Assembly (NCBI GenBank): GCA_964016885.1
Contig: OZ024756.1
Span: forward strand, 28,520,001 to 28,584,000
Direction: 5' to 3'
From: Eledone cirrhosa
Lineage: Eukaryota
DNA: 64,000 nucleotides
In this document: positions 1 through 11,737 of the stretch, in pieces
Layout: every line of letters starts with the position of its first letter
How positions within the stretch are numbered: the first letter of the stretch is position 1
Translations under genes and position numbers: made by a program
Notes under the pieces: generated by a model
Database searches by the model: none
What the model was told of the DNA's origin: nothing
What the model saw: only the letters and a program-made list of their open reading frames with translations

Positions 1-97
1 TTTATTTTTAATTTCGTATTTTCAAAATATTCTTTTCTAGATCTGTCTTTTAGATCTGATTCATCAGAATTTTTTTTATGGGTCTATATTTTGAGAA

Positions 98-151
<54 letters not shown>

Positions 152-362
152 TTTTAAAGAAAAAAAATCAATAAAAAAACAAAACAGACTTTAAACATTT
201 TAATCAAACCACCCCCAGAAACCTCCTCTCAGATATATCTCATTCGAGTCCTAAATAAAACTACATATGTATGAGCTGTAAAAGAATATGTAAATTTTAT
301 ATTTTTTATTCAAAAATATAAAGATGTAAAAAAAAAAATTTATTTTTGATGAATATTAAATA

Positions 363-420
<58 letters not shown>

Positions 421-424
421 TATA

Positions 425-840
425 TTATAAAGAAAACGAAAAATCAGTGATGCATCTGGACTTAATTTATGCGTGTTACAATTGTTTCTCCGGCAGGTAG
501 CTTGAGACGTGGTCCTTGTATGGATCTGGCTGATTCTACTTTTGCAGGTTCATTCAGTCACGAGTATTTCGTTAGGAGCAAATTTTATCAGTCATAAAAT
601 TTGCTCCTAACGAAATACTCGTGTCTGAAAGAACCCGCAGAAGTAGAATCAGCCGGATCCATACAAGGACCACGTCTCGAGCTACCTGCCGGAGAAACAA
701 TTGTAACACGCAATAAATTAAGTCCAGATGCATCACTGATTTTTCGTTTTCTTTATAACATCTACACTCTACTCTGATGAATATCGAGTGCTAATTTTGG
801 CATACCGCCTATGGAAGCACCTTAGCTACCATTATACACA

Positions 841-846
<6 letters not shown>
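425..846. mobile_element. Hammerhead-bearing inverted-repeat element (Penelope-like pLTR type) in (TA)n
   Basis: ~164-bp arms at 425-588 and 594-758 with a 5-nt loop, an 88-bp unpaired tail at 759-846, and (TA)n on both sides. Each arm carries a hammerhead-like motif. Confidence 0.75.
620..710 (+). ncRNA. Type I hammerhead-like ribozyme, variant core with long stem II
   Basis: cgtgt-CTGAAAGA-long stem II-GAAA-caattg-TA-acacg. Stem I is cgtgt/acacg and stem III is the palindrome acaattgt. The core has one extra nt. A mirror copy lies at 472-562 (-) with CTGAATGA. Confidence 0.6.
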
Positions 847-882
<36 letters not shown>

Positions 883-883
<1 letters not shown>

Positions 884-1139
884 CCAAATATTAATATGGT
901 TCGTTGATTAATCAACGAATACAATTTTACAATAGATTAGAAGCACTCGACAAGAGATTTTCATGGAGTATTTAATATTATTCAAAATGTTAATAAATGA
1001 AAAATATTCTCATAATCAAATATATATTTTATTATACATATTATGAAAACATACACCATTGTACCTTTGGAATATGTATAATAAAATATATATTTTGATG
1101 ATGAGAATATTTTTCATTTATTAACATTTTGAATAATAT
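883..1139. mobile_element. Degenerate inverted-repeat element with truncated hammerhead remnant
   Basis: Arms at ~977-1042 and ~1071-1139. The centre reads ATGA-aaacatac..gtaccttt-GGAA-tatgta-TA-ataaaa, resembling the 24120/59051 hammerhead family. There is a ~94-bp one-sided extension and (TA)n flanks. Confidence 0.5.
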
Positions 1140-1250
1140 ATATATATATATGTATATATATAGCATTTTTATTCATAACAGTATATCTATCTATGTATCT
1201 CTATATATATACATATGTGTGTATATATATGTATGATATATATGTATGAT

Positions 1251-1800
1251 ATATATGTCACTCAGTTTAACACCACCTCCTGGTCTTTGGGTAATAGAAT
1301 TAATATATCACCCAGTTTAACATTAGCACCAGGTCCTTGGGTGGTAGACTTAATGTATCACCCAGTTTAACACCACCACTTGGTCCTTGGGTGGTAGACT
1401 TAATGTGTCACCCAGTTTAACACCACCACTTGGTCCTTGGGTGGTAGACTTAATGTATCACCCAGTTTAACACCACCACTTGGTCCTTGGGTGGTAGACT
1501 TAATGTGTCACCCAGTTTAACACCACCACCTGGTCCTTGGGTGGTAGACTTAATCTGTCACCCAGTTTAACACCACCACTTGGTCCTTGGGTGGTAGACT
1601 TAATGTGTCACCCAGTTTGACACCACCACTTGGTCCTTGGGTGGTAGACTTAATGTATCACCCAGTTTAACACCACCACTTGGTCCTTGGGTGGTAGACT
1701 TAATGTGTCACCCAGTTTAACACCACCACTTGGTCCTTGGGTGGTAGACTTAATGTGTCACCCAGTTTTGCACCACCACTTGGTCCTTGGGTGGGTGGTC
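1251..1800. repeat. 50-bp minisatellite, ~11 copies plus degenerate copies to ~1935
   Basis: Unit cccagtttaacaccaccacttggtccttgggtggtagacttaatgtgtca recurs at 1311, 1361, 1411 ... 1761. Confidence 0.95.
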
Positions 1801-2246
1801 TCAGGGTCGCCATCACCCGGCCCTTGGGTGCTAGATGTGATATGATGATCCATTTAATACCACCATCTGGTCCTTGGATGGATGGCGACAGGTAATCAGA
1901 ATCTTCCACCCAGTTTATCACAACCACCTGGCCCATGTGCTTCTGCTATTGCAGAGTAATAAGGTGCTGAGTTCAAGTCCCCCATTTTCTGCTCTCCTGT
2001 TCCAGTTCAATCCTAATCTAGCAGAACTGTGATGAAAGACATTCCAACCATGACAATCCTGTCTTTCTATGGTGGTGGTGGTGACGGAAGAGGCTCAGAT
2101 TGCTTTGTCCAGTACTCCACGCCTTCCTCTCACAATTTTGCAGTATATGATGAGGGAGATTTGACTGCTATTTTCTAGCGGGCTGAGCAACCACATAAAA
2201 GAATCTAGGAGGTGTGTATGTGTACCTGCCTACACTGTGCGTAGCA

Positions 2247-2277
<31 letters not shown>

Positions 2278-2679
2278 GCCATAGATAGTGTTTTTAAGGT
2301 TTGAAAGAGTTTATATTTATCTAAAAGCGTTTTGCTATAATTCTATGTAAGAACTTTTGTAATGTTATAAGCCAAATATCAGATAATGAGAAAGTTAGTT
2401 ATATTACTACACCTCCAAATTCTTGATTATTTTCAAAATTATTTGAAAACCAGAGGCAGTGTCTTTCATTAGAAATATGGTAAAAGAAGGGTTAAACTTT
2501 GCATTATGTAGTTATATATACTTTATGTTGGTTGTTCAAATTCTGCTAGAGGTAAACTTTTTCTCTGGAGGAGGGTATGAGTGGGAGGTGAACTGGTGAA
2601 ATAGAGCATTAGTCAAGTTCTGGGCTTGATTGAATTAACTACTCCAGTCCTCACTGCCCTGTACATAATTGTAGATCTC

Positions 2680-2885
2680 ATGGATTTGCAAAATTGGTAG
2701 AGCGCCGGACAGAAAGCCTTGTGGTATTTCCTGTGGTTCTTTACATTCCGAGTTGAAATCTCACTAATGTGAACTTTGCCTTCCATCCTTCTAGGGGCCA
2801 ATAAAATAAAGTACCGGTAAAGTACTGGAGTCGAACTACTCGACTAACCCCTCTCCACAAATTTCTGGCTGTGTGCCTATATTAT
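2680..2885 (+). mobile_element. tRNA-derived SINE, family B (Meta-domain-like body)
   Basis: Box A/B-like head (tggtagagc...gttgaaatc) plus body actttgccttccatcct...ataaaataaagtacc. Related copies at ~4740, 47555, 48425, 55035, 55250 (+) and ~13000, 51465, 61165 (-). Confidence 0.7.
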
Positions 2886-2986
2886 AAAGTTATTAAAGAA
2901 TTATTTCACACATCTATTATCTTTCTTGTCTGTGTTCTTGTATTGGTTCTGTTACACACACACACATCATCATTACCGTTTAATGC

Positions 2987-3403
2987 CATGTAAGTGTCAC
3001 AACAAAAAGCACCTAGTCCACACTGTAAAGTGATCATGTAGGTGTCACAACGAAGAACACCTAGACCACATTGCAAAGTGGTCGTGTGTCACAACAAAAA
3101 ATACCTAGTCCACACTGTAAAGTAGTCGTGTAGGTGTCATGTCAAAATGCACCTAGTCCACACTGTAAAGTGGTCATGTAGATGTCATGTCAAAAAGCAC
3201 CTAGTCCACACTGTAAAGTAGTCGTGTAGGTGTCATGAGAAAAAGCACCTAGTCCACACTGTAAAGTGGTTGTGTAGGTGTCACGACAAAAAGCACCTAA
3301 TCCACACTGTAAAGTGGTTGTGTAGGTGTCACAACAAAAATCCCCTAGTCCACACTGTAAAGTGGTCGTCTAGGTGACATGACAAAACGCACCCAGCACG
3401 CAC
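2987..3403. repeat. ~42-44-bp minisatellite derived from the retroposon 'aaaagcacccagtccacactgtaaagtgg' module
   Basis: About 9 copies of gtcgtgtaggtgtcac/tgacaaaaagcacctagtccacactgtaaagtg. Confidence 0.85.
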
Positions 3404-3404
3404 T

Positions 3405-4510
3405 AAATATGCAGCACATTTTGAATGCATTTTCTGATGCTTGCACTGCCCTGCCCTAGGATTAACTGTCGTCATGTACCAACCTGCCCATGGTAAGCAG
3501 TACAGTGAGTCAAATATCTATGTGTATGGTAAACAACTTGGAGTGGTTGATCAATTTGTCTACTTTGGAAGCACTGTCAATCAATACAGCAACCTTGATA
3601 ATGAAATTCCACTCAGGATTAGGAAAGCAAGTGATGCTTTCGGAAAACTAGAAAGGCGACTCTGGGGTCGGCGAGACATATGCAAGAAGACAAAGGTAAA
3701 GGTGTACAAGGCATGTGTGCTCTCTTCTCTTCTTTATGCCTGCGAGACCTGGGTCACATATCGACACCACCTTAAACAATTGGAGCGTTTTCATCAGATG
3801 TGTCTCAGATGGATCCATGGCGTTCACTGGAGGGACCATATCAGTGATGTAGAGATTTTGGAAAGCTCTCTGTGTGACAGTATAGAAGCTCTTGTGCTTA
3901 AGCAAAGACTCCGTTGAAGTGGTCACCTTGCTAGGATGAAGGATTCTAGAATACGAAAACAACTCTTTTATGGAGAGTTAATCAAAGGAAAACGACCTCC
4001 ACATAAATCAAAAAAGAGGTATAAGGATTAGTTGAAAGATGCTAACATCTCTGCTGATACATGGGAAAATGTTGCTGCTGATTGTAATAAATGGAGAAAG
4101 ACTGTATATGAGGGGAAAGTTGCCTTTGAGGCATCTCGAATCGCATACGAGAAAGTAAAGAGGGATGTGAGGAAGGGCATTACTGTTGCATTTCCAGACA
4201 GCGAAGGTCCTCCTACTATGGTGCTGACATGCAGCGTCTGTCCGAGAATCTGCCTCAGAAAAGCTGGATTCGAAAGTCATCTTTGCAGTCATAAAGTGAG
4301 ACCAGTGGTTGACTACTCATCATGCCTGCCAAGCATGTGGTAGAGAATGTAAATCAACAGGAGAGTTCAAACAACATACAAAAGTACATGAACTCCAACC
4401 ACAGCCGGCTATTCCCAGTGAATGTTTTGGGTGCCAACTTTGTACAATACATTTTAGATCATTGGTAGGCTAAAAAACCACATTCGATCGAAGCACTGTT
4501 AATTGTTATC
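3405..4510 (+). mobile_element. RTE-clade (BovB-like) LINE 3' fragment, pseudogenised
   Basis: RT C-terminal motifs (FVYFGS, RIRKASDAFGKL, KVYKACVLSSLLYACETW, QRLR*SGHLARM) and a C-terminal CxxC...H finger, with in-frame stops. Confidence 0.9.
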
Positions 4511-5867
4511 GTGTGTGTATATATATATATATTATTATTATTATTGTCGTCGTCGTTATGTTTTTTTTTTTTCGTGCAATGGCCATACTCGATAACGAAG
4601 GGGCAGCCATCATGCATGCATACATGTATGTATGTATTATAAAGAGTCGGGGCTCGACTAACAGCTCGTTCCAAGTAACTATTTATATTTCAGCAAGGGA
4701 GACAACTCTAATAGCTTAATTTTTATGATCTTTTCCGCAAAGTGATCAATGGCTAAGTCATTAGAACGTTGGATAGAATGTTTTGTGGTATTCGTTTCGT
4801 TTCTCTGCCCTCTGAGTTCTAATCTGGCCGAGGTCAACTTTGCCTTTCATCCATTCGAGGTCGATAAAAAAAATACCAGTTTTACTGGAGTCGATTCTTT
4901 TTCTAAATCTCTTTCTCACTTCCATTCTTTCACTCTTTATCCTTCCCTATCATAAAAGTTCATTTGTACATTGCTCACTATAGCCACCCAGGGCTAGTAT
5001 GGGAGGATCTACATTGTTACTGGACCTGCTAAAAACACCAGCTAAATCTCCCTTGAATCCCACCACAGTTTTAGAAAAGAACACATTGTATCATGTGACT
5101 TTGTGTCACATGTACTCTGGAATTAAAATGGGATGGTCATAGCTGGAATGATTTTTGATCATGAGTCAGTTCCATTTAAGCTGACCTGAGGCTAAACAGA
5201 AACATCAATTATACCAACTATGAAACAGTATGTGAACCTCTACATGCTCACTCTACTTGCTAGAAATAGCAGACAAATACTGTACTGCAATCTTAAAAAC
5301 GGAAGAACTCATTGGATAATGAAACTTTGGACACACTAAAACACACTAACAAAAAGGGTGGGATGGTCATGGCAGGAACATTTTTTTATCATAGGTCTGC
5401 TGGATTGAGGCTGACCATGGGCTAAATTTCAACAATTTCTTCATTCTTTTATTATCCTTATTCTCTTTCATGCCCCTCAAATCCCAACAAAAAAATGTTT
5501 TACAACCACCTTGTCAGCCCCAAGACATGATTCTCCACTTTGCATTATCAATCATCTGTAATTCCCCCCTCAAACAACCAACCTCATAGCTTTCATTCCT
5601 CCTTCATCACTCTCAGCATGGCACTCCCGTTCTTTCCATTATTCCACACATCCAGTAACTATCATCTTTCGTCAACACATGACTCAGCCATCTCATTCCA
5701 TATTTATTCACAACATTCATCACAGGCTCTATTCCCCTCCTTTCATCTTGTCAGGATCATCCTTCATGACCCAATGTGACAATCTGTTTAACCCATGCAA
5801 GCCTGGGAATTTGTTTAACCCATGCAAGCCTGGGAAATAGACATTAAATGGTGATGTAAGATATAAA

Positions 5868-5937
<70 letters not shown>

Positions 5938-6058
5938 TATATATATATTTTTTTATTATATATATATTTATTTATCATATATATATATATTTATTATATA
6001 TATATATTTATTATATATATATATATTATATATATTATATTTAAGAACAGATTAAAGT

Positions 6059-6280
6059 TTAACCCTTTAGCATTTAAACTGGCCGTATCCGTCCAGAATT
6101 CTCTCACCTCTTTCTGTTCAAACCAGCTGTAACTGGCCACTCATACTGATGTTAAGGTATTGTTTTCAAAATAAATAAAATTAAAATTTCATAGATTCAA
6201 TATTATATGAGATAATTGTGTAAAGTAAAGCCTTTACTGTGAAAATATAATAGTATATATAGAGAAATATAAAGGGTTAA
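6059..6280. mobile_element. piggyBac-like MITE family 1
   Basis: TTAA-CCCTTTAGCATT ... AAAGGG-TTAA termini. Further copies at ~12204-12408, 20607-20807, 20871-21077, 23043-23240, 56491-56715 and 60840-61067. Confidence 0.8.
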
Positions 6281-6516
6281 GCTAAGAATCACTGCTTTCA
6301 CCCTTAACAGGATCTTTTGAAACTGAAAAGAATCAATCTGTGGATGCAGAAGTAAATATTAAAAAAAAATGTTACAACTGAAGGAAAACAAGAAGAGGAT
6401 ACGTTGGTTTGTGAAGACGTTCTATGGCAATGGACAAAGAAATGTGAGGATAATTACATCATTATGGGGAGCGATTTTAGTCTTCACATTTATTATTACT
6501 ATATATATAATATATA

Positions 6517-6900
6517 AAGGCCGGTTATATAATGCCTGTGTGAGATGCGCAATGCTGCATGGTAGTGAGATATGGGCAGCAACTACAGAGGATATGCAAC
6601 GGCTGGAGAGAAATGAAGCAGGCATGCTCCATTAGATGTGCAATGTCAATGTGTGTGAACGACCAAGCATAGATGAAAAACTGTGTATAAGAGGGATAAG
6701 TTGTGGTGTGTGGTAGAGAAGACTGCGATGGTATGGACATGTGATGCGCATGGGGGATGACCACTGGGTAAAGAAGTGCCAAGAAATCCCAGTAGAAGGA
6801 AGACGCAGTAGAGGAAGACCTCGAAAAACATGTTGTGCTGAATAAGACCCGTCCCACCCTTGAAAGCAGGGAAAAGTGGACGTAAAATGATGATGATGAT
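6517..6900 (+). mobile_element. RTE LINE family 1, 3' fragment
   Basis: KGRLYNACVRCAMLHGSE.W motif and a 3' end cccgtcccaccctt...ggacgtaaaa(tga)n, as in the 28848 element. Confidence 0.9.
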
Positions 6901-6920
6901 ATATATATATATATATATAT

Positions 6921-7265
6921 GGAGGCACATGGCTTAGTGGTTAGAGCATTGGCCTTGCAATCGAAAGGTTGTGAGTTCAATTCTCAGACCGGGTGATGTG
7001 TTGTTTCCTTGAGCAAGACACTTTATTTCACATTGCTCCAGTTTACTCAGCTGTAGAAATGAGATGATAGGACTGGGGTCCCTATCATTCCACTGCAAAG
7101 TGGTTGTGGAGGTGCCACGGCAAAAAAGTACCCAGCACTCACTGTAAATGAGGTTAGTGTTAGGAAGGGCATCCAGCTGTAGAAATCAAGCCAGAATCAG
7201 TTCCCGTCCCACCCTTGCAAGCAGGGAAAAAGCCGATGTAAAATGAAATGATGAAGATGATGATG
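6921..7265 (+). mobile_element. tRNA-derived SINE family A with RTE-family-1 3' tail
   Basis: Box A tggcttagtgg, box B gttcaattc, CORE/V-like ccttgagcaagacact body, ggaagggcatcc module and (tga)n tail. Confidence 0.85.
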
Positions 7266-7339
7266 ATATATATATATAATGTGGTTGGGTATGATGGGTA
7301 AGGAAGGAATGAAAGAGAAAATAGACATATAAGGGTAAA

Positions 7340-7628
7340 GACTCACTCAGGTCATGAGTGACCATGGGTAAGGTTATTATTTTGTGGATGACCAGCTGTT
7401 GTCCTTGTACACCAGTCCGCTCCTCGCCATGTCACTGATGTTGTCCAAGGGATAGACAAAGTCTGATAAGGTTTGAGACCAGTGAATATCACAACTCATT
7501 CCTACAGCTGAGTGAACAAGAGCAACAGGAAATAAAGTGTCTTGCCCAAGGACACAACACATTGCCTGGTCTAGGAATTGAACTCACAACCTCACGAGTG
7601 TGAATTTTACTCTCTAACCACTAAGCTT
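7340..7628 (-). mobile_element. tRNA-derived SINE, related subfamily
   Basis: Reverse complement of a box A/B head and ccttgggcaagacact body. Similar copies at ~16495, 26822, 52882, 53139 (+) and ~22500, 56090, 58240 (-). Confidence 0.7.
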
Positions 7629-7634
7629 TCATAG

Positions 7635-7679
<45 letters not shown>

Positions 7680-7797
7680 TATATATATATATATACTTAC
7701 ACACACACACACATATATATGTGTGTCTATGAAGGCTTAGTGGTTAAAGCGTAAAATTCACAATCGTGAGGGTGTGAGTTCAATTCCTAGACCACAC

Positions 7798-7834
<37 letters not shown>

Positions 7835-7859
7835 TAGACACATGCCCTACTGTGCCTTC

Positions 7860-8110
7860 CTCCCTACGTCTCTGTATTAATGGAATGAAATAAGCCATCC
7901 GTTCTTGTCTCCCCTTCGTACGCCACCACTTTATGACGTGATGCGCAGTAGAGGTGCGCACTAGACAGTGTATGGCCGCCACCATCACTGACAGCCGATT
8001 GTCGGCCGTTGCACTTTTATCGGCCGATTCTCTAAGTTTCTCTACCGTTTTTAACAAAACAACACACATGCACACACATATATTCACTCCACATCCGTGA
8101 CATTCTGCTT
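7860..8110 (+). promoter_or_regulatory. Putative SNRK promoter/TSS region
   Basis: Local CpG-dense unique sequence in a CpG-poor background. It has a CRE-like TGACGTGA (7934-7941) and two TGCGCA motifs (7942, 7955), and begins a transposon-free tract that runs to the SNRK ATG. Confidence 0.45.
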
Positions 8111-8342
8111 CTGTTCAACTATTGACTCACTACACTTGACCGGACCTGCTTTGTTTTTATATTATATATATATATATATACACTCATATATATATATCCA
8201 CCACCAACCGACCTTACCTTACCAAAATAACTAACCTCTATGTAATAAGTGTAAATATATATATATATATTTATATATGTAGATGTCTGTTTAAATTATC
8301 TAAACATATATGTAACTCTCCTACTCTTTCTCTCTCTCTCTC

Positions 8343-8376
<34 letters not shown>

Positions 8377-9952
8377 ATATCTATCAATCTATATTAAGTT
8401 ATTCTTCGTTGCCGCTGTTTATAGTTGATATATAATTTACTGTATATGCTACTGTTTAAAACCGAAACAACAACAAAAAAAAAAGAAAGAAAACAACAAA
8501 GCAAAGCAACACACCAACATAAAAATCATCTCCTCTCCATTTCTCTACAAAATAAAAGGAAAAAGAAACAAAAAAAAACAAAAAAAACTGCCAGAAGGAT
8601 GCCGTTACGTTAGGCTTGTATCATCATCAACATTAACAACAACATTATCTGTCAGCATTCTCATCATTATCGTAAAACTCGGAGTGGACTAAGATTTACG
8701 TTACATTTGTATTCTTATTGGAACTCGGTATCTACGAAGAAGAGGAGTATACACTCACTCTCACACTCAATTGAGTGCAAGCACTGCTGACAGACTATAT
8801 ATATATATATATATATATTCTACACATTTGTTTCACAAGGGATTTTATTACCGACTTAATTCTGTTATCTAGTTTATTTTTGTTTGTTTAAACAACAACA
8901 AACATACACTCAAAATACATCATCATCATCATCATCATCATCATTGTAATAATTAATCATTGATTCCTCCACCATTCACCTTACCCCCCTCTTTCATTTA
9001 TTGAACCATTCATCGATCTCTCCTTTTCTCGTCCATTCCTTTCTTTAAACCAAAGAGGAGATTCACATCTTCACTCGTTCCTTTCTCTTTCTTCTATTCC
9101 TCCTATTCTCCCCTCCCGGTTATTTTTTGTGTGTTTTGGTTTTTTTTTTTTTACAAACATTTTTTTTTTCTTCTCTCCCACCTAGACCACACCCTGTTTA
9201 TTTGTTAAATGTATGTGTGTGCTTTGTGTAAATATTGGATTTCTCACACAAACCAAACCACAATAAATATACATACACACGCACACGTATAATTATAAAG
9301 GCAAACACACACACACACACGATAAAACAAACATTCACTTAAAACCAAACCAAACCATATATATATATATAAAACAACAGTAAAACTCTTCCCTCTATAT
9401 TTTAAATTGCTTTATTTCGTTGTTTTTATTCGATGCGTTTCCGATATTCGATATTATATTTTCCCTTCTTCCCTTTTAATGAAAAAATTAAGACACTAAC
9501 AACACCGACAAAATATTATTATCTTAGGAGAAGGAAGTGAAGAGATAAAATAGAAAAAAAAAAAACAGTATTTTTGGACCCCCCCCCCCCCCATCAACAT
9601 CATCATCATCGTGGTTATAAGATAAAAGAGAGAGAGAGAGCTTAAGTAAGTAGTAACTAACACCGTGCAAGTAGTAGTAGTAGTAGTAGCAGTAGTAGTA
9701 GCATCAACGATGGAAATATTTCATTGAAGAAAACACTATATTTATCCACAGCCGCTAAACTACTAAACCTCTTTCCCCGTCCCACCATCGCCTCATTCAA
9801 CCCTAGATTCTTCGAGTTCCTCCTTATGTTGTTGCCAATCCGTTGGCAACGAGTATCTCTCACACATACATCCTCTCTCTCTCGTCCTCTTTATCTTTCT
9901 CTCTCCTTGTTTGTCTGTGTTTCTATGTAGATGCGTTAGTGTTGTCTAACTG

Positions 9953-10036
<84 letters not shown>

Positions 10037-11006
10037 GTGTGTATGCATGTATAATAAGTAATGTATATAATGATATAATGTGTGAAAGTATTGATGTAAA
10101 TATGTGACCTCTTCGTGTTCGAGTGAATTGTGTGGTGTGGTGCAGTGCAAGAAGGATTTGAGTACGAAAAACGCAGACACACAAAAAAACAAAACAAAAA
10201 ACCCCGACTATGATTGGGAGTCGAATGACCTCGAAAGATGTGACTACCGGTTCAAATGTTGGTGGATCTTTGACAGTAACTATAGCTTGTCCTTTGACAA
10301 ACACTTAGTTGAAAGATGTACTTGACTTTGTCTTGGTAGCACATCCAGCATCACTACCACCACCACTACCAAACAAATAAACACGACCCCTACTACTCTT
10401 TTATTTAATTTAATTATTAGAAACCATAGCCAGTGATATACAAGACGAAACCTTAGTCCCCCTTTATAGAATTTATCAAAAACTGTACCCAGCAATACAA
10501 GACGAAACCTTAATTATATTTATTAAATGAATACATTCTTGGTTTGTGCTTTTTTTCTCTTCTTTCCTCTCTTTATCACTTTCTCCTTTCTTTTAACTCT
10601 CACTTTGTTTATCCAACTCAAATTTCCTCTCCACCGTTTCCCTGCCCTGTTAAAATCTTCACCAGATCGTCATTCTCACTCTCTCATCGATATTTTAAGT
10701 GTTCTTATAATATGGGGGCTACCTGGTTTTACTGTCCTTGCTGTTAGTAGTGCATTGCTGGTCCCCTCTATATCTTCCATCACAACTACATCTGTAGTCT
10801 TATTGTGTCTTCTTCATTTATCCTTTTTATCATCGCCGTTGTCATTTTCATCATCATCGTCAACATTGTTTCTATTATCATTATTAGTAATATTACTACA
10901 GTATCTAACCCATAGACTTATCTCAGTCTCACCACACCCTTTTCATTTCACACCACTTGTCATTCATTACTAAATAACTGCTGTCCCAATTCCTTGGCCC
11001 ACATTT

Positions 11007-11073
<67 letters not shown>

Positions 11074-11142
11074 AAATTCTCATTACAATTACATTTACCT
11101 TTCATATTTTTTCTATTTTAATATATTCTCTCTTCATTCTGA

Positions 11143-11737
11143 ATGGCTTCACGTAAGCAGCGTGGTGACTACGATCGAAAGATTGCTGGTCTGTATGACT
11201 TGGAAGACACGATTGGGCGAGGTCACTTTGCTGTAGTGAAACTGGCCCGGCATGTGTTCACGGGCGAGAAAGTGGCCGTCAAAGTTATCGACAAGACTAA
11301 ACTGGACGACGTGTCCAAGAACCATCTGTTCCAGGAAGTGCGCTGCATGAAACTGGTACAGCATCCCAATGTTGTCCGCCTTTATGAGGTCATTGACACT
11401 CAGACCAAACTGTACCTTATACTGGAACTAGGAGATGGTGGAGACCTATACGATTACATAATGAAGCACGATAAAGGGCTTACAGACAACTTGGCCCGCA
11501 AGTATTTTAAGCAAATTGTAGATGCCATCTCATACTGCCACCAGTTACATGTTTGTCACAGAGACCTGAAGCCTGAAAATGTGGTCTTCTTTGAGAAACT
11601 AGGCATCGTTAAGCTTACTGACTTCGGATTTAGCAATGTCTTTAAGCCTGGCAAAAAACTTGAAACCTCATGTGGTTCCCTTGCCTATTCGGCACCAGAA
11701 ATCTTACTAGGAGATTCTTACGATGCTCCAGCAGTTG
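11143..11737 (+). CDS. SNRK: SNF-related serine/threonine kinase (SNRK, AMPK-related), first coding exon covering kinase subdomains I-VIII
   Basis: Translation [55 protein letters not shown]...[14 protein letters not shown]...DFGFSN...[26 protein letters not shown] is near-identical to vertebrate SNRK as I recall it. It has the Gly-loop, VAVK, HRD, DFG and APE motifs and the activation-loop Thr. Similarity stops exactly at a canonical donor GTTG|GTAAGT (GT at 11738-11739, phase 1). Confidence 0.95.

Noticed and set aside
10-75. Minus-strand CTGATGA with downstream GAAA
   Set aside because: I could not build consistent stems II, III and I, and it is at the window edge.
1251-1800. Regular repeats resembling a CRISPR array (also 25415 and 38925)
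   Set aside because: No unique spacers, no cas genes, and a eukaryotic context.
6921-6995. tRNA-like sequences
   Set aside because: They are SINE heads: box A/B are present but they continue into a SINE body and LINE tail, with no complete cloverleaf.
10527-10973. 148-aa hydrophobic ORF upstream of SNRK
   Set aside because: Pyrimidine-rich low-complexity sequence with no recognisable family; at most a uORF.
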